A stretch of DNA of 25,875 bases from Candidatus Limnocylindrus sp. (GTDB lineage: Bacteria; Chloroflexota; Limnocylindria; Limnocylindrales; Limnocylindraceae). Below, piece after piece: positions 17,903 through 25,461 of the stretch (position 1 is the first letter of the stretch; each line of letters begins with the position of its first letter). A program made the position numbers and the translations under genes. The notes beneath the pieces are model-generated. The model did not search any database, was not told the origin of the DNA, and saw only the letters and a list, made by a program, of their open reading frames with translations. The stretch spans positions 1 through 25,875 of the forward strand of contig JBBAWM010000001.1 in assembly GCA_040397175.1 (NCBI GenBank), given 5' to 3'.

Positions 17903-18766
17903 ATGAGTGAGAACGCGTATCTAGTCATTAAGGACCTCGTCGTCGCACCGTCGAGCGACCCAAGCAAGCACATCCTTCAGGGGATCTCGCTTACGGTGAA
18001 ACCGGGCGAAGTGCACGCGATCATGGGACCGAACGGCTCCGGTAAGACGACCCTCAGCTATGCGCTGATGGGACACCCGAGCTACAAGATTGTCTCGGGC
18101 AGCGTGTTGTGGAAGGGCGAGAACCTGCTCGACTACAGCGCCGATCAGCGCGCACGACTCGGCCTCTTCCTTGCGTTCCAGTATCCAACCTCCATTCCAG
18201 GACTCTCCGTTGCGAGCTTCTTGCGCACCGCAATGAATGCGCGCCGCTCTGGCTTGGTGCGCGATCCTGAGTTCGATCCGTCGGACCCAGTGAAGGGCGG
18301 CATGACGATGGGCGAGTTCCGCAAGCTCGTGAAGGAGAAGCTCACGCAACTGAAGATGGACGAGGCGTTCATGACGCGCTACGTGAATGACGGATTCTCG
18401 GGCGGCGAGAAGAAGCGCCTCGAGATGCTGCAGATGGCGCTGCTGAAGCCAGAGATGGCGATCCTCGACGAGACGGACTCCGGTCTCGACATTGATGCGT
18501 TGCGCATCGTTGCGGAGGGCGTGAACACGATGCTCTCGCCAGAGCTCGGCGTGTTGGTGATCACGCACTATCAGCGACTCCTTGATTACTTGAAGCCACA
18601 GTTCGTGCATGTGCTCGCGCGTGGCCGCATCGTTGCTTCGGGCGGACCAGATCTTGCGCACCGCTTGGAGCGCGAAGGGTACGCGCCGATCCTTGCCGAG
18701 AACGGCATCAACCCAACGGCAGACGAGGCGGCAACGCCAACCGCTGCGCCAGCGCCGTCGGCGTAG
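17903..18766 (+). CDS. sufC: Fe-S cluster assembly ATPase SufC
   Basis: GAGGAG before ATG 17903; HAIMGPNGSGKTT, LFLAFQYP, GFSGGEKKRLE, ILDETDSGLDIDAL, ITHYQRLL. Confidence 0.96.
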   Translation: MSENAYLVIKDLVVAPSSDPSKHILQGISLTVKPGEVHAIMGPNGSGKTTLSYALMGHPSYKIVSGSVLWKGENLLDYSADQRARLGLFLAFQYPTSIPGLSVASFLRTAMNARRSGLVRDPEFDPSDPVKGGMTMGEFRKLVKEKLTQLKMDEAFMTRYVNDGFSGGEKKRLEMLQMALLKPEMAILDETDSGLDIDALRIVAEGVNTMLSPELGVLVITHYQRLLDYLKPQFVHVLARGRIVASGGPDLAHRLEREGYAPILAENGINPTADEAATPTAAPAPSA

Positions 18767-18789
18767 CGCGACGGGTGTAGGCTCGCGAA

Positions 18790-20046
18790 ATGGGCGCCTG
18801 GCATAACGCAGACGGCACACTCGACCCGGTAAAGGTGCGCGCCGCCTATCCGATCCTTTCGACCACGCCGGGTGGCCGACCGCTGCACTATCTCGATAGC
18901 GCCGCAACGGGGCAGCGCCCACAGCGTGTTGTTGATGCGGTGTCGAAATACCTCTTCACCGCGAATGCGAACCCACATCGCGGCGCGTACACACTCGCCC
19001 AGATGGCGACCGATGGGTACGAGGCGGCGCGCGCACGCATCGCTGCGTACCTCAATGTGCCGGCGAGTGAACTCGTACTGCTTGGGAGCGCCACCGAAGC
19101 GCTGAACCTTGTTGCGCAATCGTGGGGTAAGGCGAACCTGCGCCGCGGCGACATGGTGCTGGTGACCGAGGCCGAACATCACGCCAATCTCATCCCGTGG
19201 CAGCAGATCACGCGCGAGATGGATGCCGACCTGGAATTCATTCCGGTTGACGATGTGACCGGCGAGATCCTCTGGGATCGACTTGACTCGCTCATGAAGC
19301 TGAAGCCAAAGATGATCGCGCTCGGACACGTCTCGAACGTGCTTGGCTCGATTGCGCCCCTCGCGCAGATCGCCGAGGCGGCGCACGCGGTTGGCGCGCT
19401 CCTCTGTGTCGATGGTTGCCAGGCCGTCGCGAACATGCCTGTCTCCATCCCCGACCTTGGTGCCGACTTCTACGCCTTTAGCGCGCACAAGATGGGTGGC
19501 CTCTTTTCGGGTGGCGGCCTCTGGGCGCGCGCCGATCTGCTCGCGCAGATGGCGCCGATCGAGACGGGTGGCGACATGATCCGGAGCGTGCGACTGCGTG
19601 ACGCCGATTTTGCCGAGGGAACGCAGCGCTTCGAGGCTGGCACCCCCGATGCGTCAGGGGCCGTGGCGCTTGCCGCCGCCTGCGATCTGCTCGACGAATT
19701 TGGCCGCGACAAGATCCATGCACACGAGGCGCTCATGATCGAGCGGGTGATCCGTGAACTCCCCGAGGTGCTCCCCGACGCCCGAATCCTCGGACCACGC
19801 GACACCAGCCAGCGTGCCGGACTGGTCGCCTTCTCGAGCGACCTGGTGCACGCTCACGACCTCGCCGAGATCCTCGACCGCCGCGGCGTGGCGATTCGCG
19901 CCGGCTTCCACTGCGCGCAGCCGCTCCACGAGCAGCTTGAGCTGAGCTCCTCGGCACGCGTGAGCGTCGCCCCGTTCACCACCCACGACGATCTCGACGC
20001 ACTCTTCTCCGGCCTGCGCGACGCGCGCAAAGTATTTGAGGGGTAA
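18790..20046 (+). CDS. sufS: Cysteine desulfurase, SufS (class II)
   Basis: YLDSAAT, EHHANLIPWQ, HVSNVLG, FSAHKM (PLP Lys), RFEAGTP, IRAGFHCAQPL. Confidence 0.93.
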   Translation: MGAWHNADGTLDPVKVRAAYPILSTTPGGRPLHYLDSAATGQRPQRVVDAVSKYLFTANANPHRGAYTLAQMATDGYEAARARIAAYLNVPASELVLLGSATEALNLVAQSWGKANLRRGDMVLVTEAEHHANLIPWQQITREMDADLEFIPVDDVTGEILWDRLDSLMKLKPKMIALGHVSNVLGSIAPLAQIAEAAHAVGALLCVDGCQAVANMPVSIPDLGADFYAFSAHKMGGLFSGGGLWARADLLAQMAPIETGGDMIRSVRLRDADFAEGTQRFEAGTPDASGAVALAAACDLLDEFGRDKIHAHEALMIERVIRELPEVLPDARILGPRDTSQRAGLVAFSSDLVHAHDLAEILDRRGVAIRAGFHCAQPLHEQLELSSSARVSVAPFTTHDDLDALFSGLRDARKVFEG

Positions 20047-20049
20047 GTC

Positions 20050-20436
20050 ATGGGTGGTATGGACGATCTCTACCGCGAGCAAATCCTTGAGCATCATCGC
20101 CGCCCGCACAACCAGGCGCCACTCGCTACCCCGAGCATCAGCCTCGAGGGTCGCAACCCGAATTGTGGCGACGTCATCAACCTGCAGCTCCAACTCGACG
20201 ACGCTGGCGTCATTACCGATGTCGCATTCAGCGGCCGCGGTTGCGCCATCTCACAGGCGGGAACCTCACTCATTACCGACGAGCTGCGCGGCAAGCGCGC
20301 CGACGAGATCTTGGCGATGGGTAGCCCCTTTGTCATGGAGCTCCTTGGCGTTGAGGTTGGCCCATCGCGCATTCACTGTGCGCTGCTCGGACTAGAGACG
20401 ACCCAGAAGGCACTCGCGAGCCTGCGAACCCCCTAA
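20050..20436 (+). CDS. sufU: SufU/IscU-type Fe-S scaffold or sulfur-transfer protein
   Basis: LYREQILEH, NPNCGD, GCAISQA, RIHCALL. Confidence 0.9.
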   Translation: MGGMDDLYREQILEHHRRPHNQAPLATPSISLEGRNPNCGDVINLQLQLDDAGVITDVAFSGRGCAISQAGTSLITDELRGKRADEILAMGSPFVMELLGVEVGPSRIHCALLGLETTQKALASLRTP

Positions 20437-20451
20437 CTGCGGCTCCGCTCG

Positions 20452-21045
20452 CTAGGCGACGAGCGATCGAGGATCGGCAAATCGGTTCCATGCCGTCTTG
20501 ACGAACGCGAGCACGATGCCGACCGAGTACTTGAAGAGTAGGTCGCCCTCGATGATTTGCAGCAACATCAGCGCACCGTAGGCTGGTTCGCCAAGGAAGG
20601 CGACGAGCGTGAACACAATCGAGTCAAGGGGCACGCTGACCGAATTGCTGGAGATCACGCGAACCAACCACGAGCGGTGTTGCAGCCGGTGATAGATCTC
20701 CGTATCGGCACCCTCAGAGATAACGATGGCGGAGAATGACGCCACTAAGAAGCGGAGTGGCGTGCCAACAAGAATGGCAACGATGAGGTTCACGATTGCC
20801 GCTGCACCGATCATCCAGAAGATCGGCGCGCGCCCAAGCTTCTCGCGCACGCTCGACTGATGTGCAAGGTCGCGCAGGGTGAAGGTGAGGCCGAAGGAGA
20901 GCGTGCCGGCCGAGAGCAGGCCGAACACCCCAACGTTGATGAACTTGTCGACGAGCAGGTTGCTCACGGCAACCACGGCGATATAGATGACCGCGATGAG
21001 CAGCAGCGACGTTCGGTTGCCCATCTTCTTCCAGAAGCGGTTCAC
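20452..21045 (-). CDS. VUT family (YhhQ/queuosine precursor transporter-like) membrane protein
   Basis: Multi-TM; SN, FTLRD, ASFSA..SE.AD..IY, R...SN.VS..LDSIVF..AF.G motifs. GTG 21045 preceded by AGGAGG (alternative ATG 21060). Confidence 0.88.
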   Translation of the reverse strand: MNRFWKKMGNRTSLLLIAVIYIAVVAVSNLLVDKFINVGVFGLLSAGTLSFGLTFTLRDLAHQSSVREKLGRAPIFWMIGAAAIVNLIVAILVGTPLRFLVASFSAIVISEGADTEIYHRLQHRSWLVRVISSNSVSVPLDSIVFTLVAFLGEPAYGALMLLQIIEGDLLFKYSVGIVLAFVKTAWNRFADPRSLVA

Positions 21046-21255
21046 GCTGGTCCTCCTCATCTATCGGTTGGGGAATCTTGGCGCTGGCACGGCGGCCGCG
21101 TTCGGCCCCCATGCAACGTCGGTGTTGCCACTATTCGCAGGCTGCATACTACGCCCGAGTCGCAAGGAGCGGCGCGCGGTAGAGTTGGGGCGTTGCCACA
21201 CGTGTGGCGAACGTACAGTGCCGGGCATCCCGAGAGGGGTGCAGAAGAAGGGTGA

Positions 21256-22191
21256 ATGGGAAGCGCTCGAATCCTCGTCGTCGGCAGCACCATGATGGAC
21301 CTGATCTCGTACGCCAAGGTCATCCCGAATGCGGGCGAGACCCTGGTCGGCGATCGCTTCCAAATGGGCTTCGGCGGGAAGGGGGCGAACCAGGCGGTCC
21401 AGGCGGCACGCTTCGGCGCCCCCGTCGCCATGGTCAACGCCGTCGGTGATGACGCCTATGGCGCCTCGCACCTGGCGAACTTCGTGAAAGAGGGGATCGA
21501 CACGCGCTGGATGCGCACCGTTCCAGGCTCAAGCGGCGTCGCGCCGATCTGGGTCGACGCCAACGGCATCAATCGCATCATCATCGTCCCTGGCGCCAAC
21601 AACGAGACCGACCCCACCGTGGCCGAGGCGGCCGTTCGCGACTTCAAGCCAACGATCGTCGTGGGCCAGTTTGAGATTCCGCAGGCAACCACCCTGGTCG
21701 CCTTCCGCGCGGCACGTGCTGCCGGGATCACCACCCTGCTGAATCCGGCCCCCGCCGCACCGATCGACCCTGCGCTGCTCGCCGTCTCAGATTGGCTCGC
21801 GCCGAACGAGATGGAGTTCACGACCCTCTTCGGTGGCTCGGCGATTGGCGACGGTGCCGACGAGCGCATCCTTGCTGCAGCAGCGAAGAGCGGCGTCAAC
21901 CTGCTCGTGACCCTCGGTGGGCACGGCGCCGCGATTGCCGAGCGCGGCAAACCGATTCAGCGCGTTGCCGCCCCGAAGGTGACCGTAGTCGACACGACTG
22001 GCGCAGGCGACTCGTTCCTCGGCGCATTCTCCTTCGGTCTCGCCAGCGGCCTCACCCCTGTTCGGGCGGCAGAACTTGCCGTAGCCTGCGCCTCACAGAG
22101 CGTGCAGAAGCCAGGAACCCAGAGCAGCTATCTATCGAAGGAAGAGGCGGCGAAACTCGCCGCACCATATCTAGCGGGAGGAACGCGCTAA
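21256..22191 (+). CDS. PfkB carbohydrate kinase, ribokinase/deoxyribokinase-like
   Basis: GSTMMD, GGKGANQAV, VGDD, SSGVAPI, QFEIP, NPAPA, PNEME, VTLG, DTTGAGDSF. Confidence 0.92.
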   Translation: MGSARILVVGSTMMDLISYAKVIPNAGETLVGDRFQMGFGGKGANQAVQAARFGAPVAMVNAVGDDAYGASHLANFVKEGIDTRWMRTVPGSSGVAPIWVDANGINRIIIVPGANNETDPTVAEAAVRDFKPTIVVGQFEIPQATTLVAFRAARAAGITTLLNPAPAAPIDPALLAVSDWLAPNEMEFTTLFGGSAIGDGADERILAAAAKSGVNLLVTLGGHGAAIAERGKPIQRVAAPKVTVVDTTGAGDSFLGAFSFGLASGLTPVRAAELAVACASQSVQKPGTQSSYLSKEEAAKLAAPYLAGGTR

Positions 22192-22979
22192 TGGCAGCAA
22201 CCGAGAGCGACGGCCGCAAGCATCACATTGGTATCAAGCAGGGCGAGGTCGGCCGCTATGTGCTGCTTCCCGGCGATCCCGATCGCGTCGAGGTCATTGC
22301 GAGCCGCTTCGACAATCCGAAGTTCGTGATGCGCCGCCGCGAGTACACCACCTGGACCGGTGAGCTCGACGGTGTGCCTGTTGCCTGTACATCGACCGGC
22401 ATCGGCTGCCCATCCACGGCGATCGCCGTTGAAGAGCTCGCCGACGTTGGCGTCGACACGTTCATTCGCGTTGGCACCTCGGGCTCCATGCAACATCACA
22501 TCAAGCCGGGCTCGATCGGCGTTGTGAGTGGCGCCATTCGTGACGAGGGCACCAGCCGGCACTACCTCCCAATGGAGTTCCCCGCCGTCGCCGATCTCGA
22601 CATCACGCTCGCCCTGCGCGAAGCGGCGAAGGAGAGCGGCTTCCCCTGGTACGTCGGTATCGCCCAATCGAAGGATTCGTTCTACGGACAGCACAATCCA
22701 GAGCGCATGCCGATCGCCGAAGACCTGCAGCGCCGCTGGAAGGCGTGGATGGCGGGTGGCGCGATCTGCTCGGAGATGGAGGCGGCAACGCTCTACATCG
22801 TTGCGGCCACACTGCGCGTACGTGCCGGCGGTGCCATGTTGATCCTTGGCAAACCCGATCAGCGCCCAATGACTGAGGCAGAGATCGCCGAGTGCTCGGT
22901 GGATCGCGTGATTGACACCTCGATCGCGGGCTTGCGCAAGCTCATTGCAGCCGATCGGGCCGCCGGCCGTATCAAGTAG
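22191..22979 (+). CDS. udp: Uridine phosphorylase / NP-I nucleoside phosphorylase
   Basis: HHI, LPGDPDR, REY, STGIG.PS, IRVGT, IRDEGTS..Y.P.EFPAVAD, DSFYGQ, EMEAA; TAATG coupling to the kinase. Confidence 0.88.
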   Translation: MAATESDGRKHHIGIKQGEVGRYVLLPGDPDRVEVIASRFDNPKFVMRRREYTTWTGELDGVPVACTSTGIGCPSTAIAVEELADVGVDTFIRVGTSGSMQHHIKPGSIGVVSGAIRDEGTSRHYLPMEFPAVADLDITLALREAAKESGFPWYVGIAQSKDSFYGQHNPERMPIAEDLQRRWKAWMAGGAICSEMEAATLYIVAATLRVRAGGAMLILGKPDQRPMTEAEIAECSVDRVIDTSIAGLRKLIAADRAAGRIK

Positions 22980-22986
22980 CGCTCCG

Positions 22987-23994
22987 CTAGTACATCACCG
23001 TTCGCGTTAGGTGATGCGGATAGTGCGTTGCGTGATACGACTTCCAGAGTCGGTAATCCACCTCGGGGATCAGTAGCTGCTTGTCGGCAGGGCGGCGCGC
23101 ATTTACCTCGTCAGTGAGTACGGCGACGGCATGAACAGAATGCGCGCGCAGTTCGATCTCCTCTTCAGAATCACGCGGTAGTAGTTCCCCCGCGGCGATG
23201 CGTCGCTCAAGTGAACCTTCATATTCAAAAATCTCCATCGACTTCAATGCAACGGGAATGATGTAATCGGCGAAGGCGGTGCACCTCTCAGGATCGCTCA
23301 GCACCGTGCGGCCGAGCGGAGCAAGTCCGCGGTGAAGCCCCCAGAGCCCGAGTTGCGAAAGCTTCTGGATCTGGATCTTGTGCCCCTTCCAGTCGCTCAC
23401 GTCGTCAAAGCGCGGGAACTCTGTAACGAGTCGCTCCAGCAGGCCGTCGCCACCGGCGTAGAGTGCGGGCGCACAGGAGGCGACCCAGCGGTGCCACTTC
23501 CCGTCGTATTTCTCGGACAGGGTGGCCCCGACCGCATTGAGCGCCGTGACGCGCTCATCAAGCATTGGCATCTCGATGTTGCCGCGAAAGAGCTCCGCCA
23601 GATCGCGTCGCGTCACACCAGCGGACCATTGGCCGGTAAGGATTGGCTGCCCCGCCACGATCGCCTTGTGCAGGCAGGCGTACATCGCCTCGCTATCGGA
23701 GTAGCGAACGCCGTTGTAGTCGACCTCAAACTTCTGCGAGGTGGCGAAGTCGGTAAAGGCAAAGTTCAAGACCGCGATCAGCATCGTGAAGTCAATGTTC
23801 CGATCAGGGTCAGGGCCAACGTCAAAGGGGCTCTTGGCAGCCGGTGCCGTTGACTTGAAGTTCGGGAACTCCTCGGCGGCCATCCACTGGGCAACGCGCT
23901 TGATCTCGAGTTCGTTAGTCGTGACGAACCTGGACCCCTCGATCACTGGGGTGAGGGAGCTCAGGATTGGATTTGACCACCACTTTCCCCGCAC
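22987..23994 (-). CDS. Queuosine salvage protein (Qng1/DUF2419/Q_salvage family N-glycosylase)
   Basis: LNFAF, LDER, FPRFDD, KLSQL, AFADY.IP.AL, EEIELRA, VDYRLW and C-terminal PHHLTRTVMY typical of the family; AAGGAGG before GTG 23994. Confidence 0.88.
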   Translation of the reverse strand: MRGKWWSNPILSSLTPVIEGSRFVTTNELEIKRVAQWMAAEEFPNFKSTAPAAKSPFDVGPDPDRNIDFTMLIAVLNFAFTDFATSQKFEVDYNGVRYSDSEAMYACLHKAIVAGQPILTGQWSAGVTRRDLAELFRGNIEMPMLDERVTALNAVGATLSEKYDGKWHRWVASCAPALYAGGDGLLERLVTEFPRFDDVSDWKGHKIQIQKLSQLGLWGLHRGLAPLGRTVLSDPERCTAFADYIIPVALKSMEIFEYEGSLERRIAAGELLPRDSEEEIELRAHSVHAVAVLTDEVNARRPADKQLLIPEVDYRLWKSYHATHYPHHLTRTVMY

Positions 23995-24098
23995 GAACGC
24001 CTCCTTACTTCGCCCATACGGCCTAGGCCGTGGAAGCAGACTATTGCACGAAACTACAGCACGACGTAGAAGTAGCTCACTCCAGCTAGTGAGGTGCG

Positions 24099-24413
24099 CT
24101 AGTCCAGCCCAAACTGCGAAACAAAATCTACAGTGCCGTTAGAGCACATGATGGAAACAGACCAAAACCCACCAGTAACGCTCCACATTTCTGATTTTGT
24201 GTAAAACGTATCGCCTGGGTCGCCAAAATCTGACGATGAGTCGAGTTTCCAATCACCAGAAATCTTTGACCTTGCACCGGAGCATGAGCTACCGGTCTCG
24301 ATCTTCAGGTAATCCTGGTATGAAGGTTTATCAGAAGTGATTCCACCTAACGATCCTCCGCCACATCCCAAGAGTGCGCTGCACGAGAGTGTTAGCACCA
24401 CTAAATTTCTCAT
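24099..24413 (-). CDS. Small putative lipoprotein (DUF3862/BamE-like pattern)
   Basis: MRNLVVLTLSCSALLG|C lipobox; YLKIETG..NGTV..VSQFGL pattern; GAGGAG upstream. Confidence 0.7.
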   Translation of the reverse strand: MRNLVVLTLSCSALLGCGGGSLGGITSDKPSYQDYLKIETGSSCSGARSKISGDWKLDSSSDFGDPGDTFYTKSEMWSVTGGFWSVSIMCSNGTVDFVSQFGLD

Positions 24414-24429
24414 CACTTCTCTCCTCGCT

Positions 24430-24738
24430 TTATGGGGTTGGAATTCCTGAGAACTGATATTGGATCTCTGAGAGCTTCCCTTGAACACAGAGTATTGAAA
24501 TAGTGAATGTGTCCCCCTGGAATGTAGACACCTCTCCATCAAGAAACTCGGTATCGATTGGGAGGGTTACCCAGCCGCCACCGAACCGAGCACGCTCCGC
24601 AGTGCAGTCAGCACCTTTCGTTGCGCCTAGGTATGTTGCAAAGCCTGGGACATACTTGAGTACTGCCATTGAAGATACGGCCGAGATTAATGCGAGAACA
24701 ACCAAGACAGCAACGAGGGTGATCCTTTTAGGAGTCAT
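24430..24738 (-). CDS. Small membrane-anchored or secreted hypothetical protein
   Basis: N-terminal KR + hydrophobic helix; ATGA overlap with the upstream gene; resembles the downstream lipoprotein. Confidence 0.7.
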   Translation of the reverse strand: MTPKRITLVAVLVVLALISAVSSMAVLKYVPGFATYLGATKGADCTAERARFGGGWVTLPIDTEFLDGEVSTFQGDTFTISILCVQGKLSEIQYQFSGIPTP

Positions 24739-25085
24739 GCTCCCTTCCACTGCAATTTGCCAGAGGCCTTATCGGGAACCGCCTTTACTAAGGCTGGATT
24801 GATTTTTACCGCGATGCCAGAGCCGTACCATTTTTCACCGTCAACGCCACCCAAAGAGCCAAGCCAACTTCGACCACGTTGCCCGTACTTGTATTCCACT
24901 ACGGCATTCGCCCCGATCTCTATTGCGGCTGCTGCGAGGCCAGCCTTTACAAATCGAAGGTCTTGATTCTGGCCAGCGGCAGACCATTCGATTGGCCCAA
25001 TGACCTGCACGCCATCAAGTTCGGCGGCTTCGGTGAAGAAGATGCCGTCTAGCTTTGTGCCGCGGGGCAACTTGGCTGCCGCCAC
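24735..25085 (-). CDS. Hypothetical protein, YbjQ/UPF0145-like pattern
   Basis: A..IGANAVV...GIAVKI motif; GTG start 1 nt after the upstream stop. Confidence 0.7.
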   Translation of the reverse strand: MAAAKLPRGTKLDGIFFTEAAELDGVQVIGPIEWSAAGQNQDLRFVKAGLAAAAIEIGANAVVEYKYGQRGRSWLGSLGGVDGEKWYGSGIAVKINPALVKAVPDKASGKLQWKGA

Positions 25086-25086
25086 G

Positions 25087-25296
25087 TTATGACTCTCGCT
25101 CCATGATGATGATCATCTCTTCACGGCTGCCCGTGAGGCTCGGGAAGCTTGCGGTGGCTGCGGAGACCACTCTCCACCCCTCCTCCGCAAAGGAGTTGAG
25201 CGCCTCTTCGACCTTCTCCGGCTCGAATTTTCCGCCCCAAAACCTGTCCTTCTGGGTCAAGACCTTGTACTCGTAGCTCGTGGCTGATTTCGCCAT
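25087..25296 (-). CDS. DUF4177 domain protein
   Basis: YEYKVL..LNSFAEEGWRVV..IMER; AAGGAG upstream. Confidence 0.85.
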   Translation of the reverse strand: MAKSATSYEYKVLTQKDRFWGGKFEPEKVEEALNSFAEEGWRVVSAATASFPSLTGSREEMIIIMERES

Positions 25297-25461
25297 ATGC
25301 GCTCCTTTTCGCCGCAGGGGTTAAGCAACGCGGTCCCAGGCCGCACGAGCAGTCTGGAGGAATATGAGGGTTATTTGGGAACGCGTTGCTTTTCTGCCCA
25401 GGGAAGCAATAAGATCCCTTCATGATCTGTATGTACAGGTCAAATTAAGGGAGGTTGAAAC

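Noticed and set aside
17921-19488. 333-aa and 300-aa minus-strand ORFs
   Set aside because: Antisense shadows of sufC/sufS, with Arg-rich non-protein-like composition.
21046-21150. Canonical preQ1 riboswitch upstream of the VUT transporter
   Set aside because: No preQ1-I stem-loop with A-rich tail and no preQ1-II/III consensus recognisable by eye; an Rfam scan is needed.
21061-21471. Minus ORF in frame with the VUT gene and separated by one TAG (possible readthrough)
   Set aside because: It overlaps the kinase antisense, has no recognisable domain, and the VUT gene has its own AGGAGG-GTG start.
21792-22190. Long N-terminal extension of the udp ORF
   Set aside because: It overlaps the kinase in another frame; GGAGG plus TAATG coupling supports the start at 22191.
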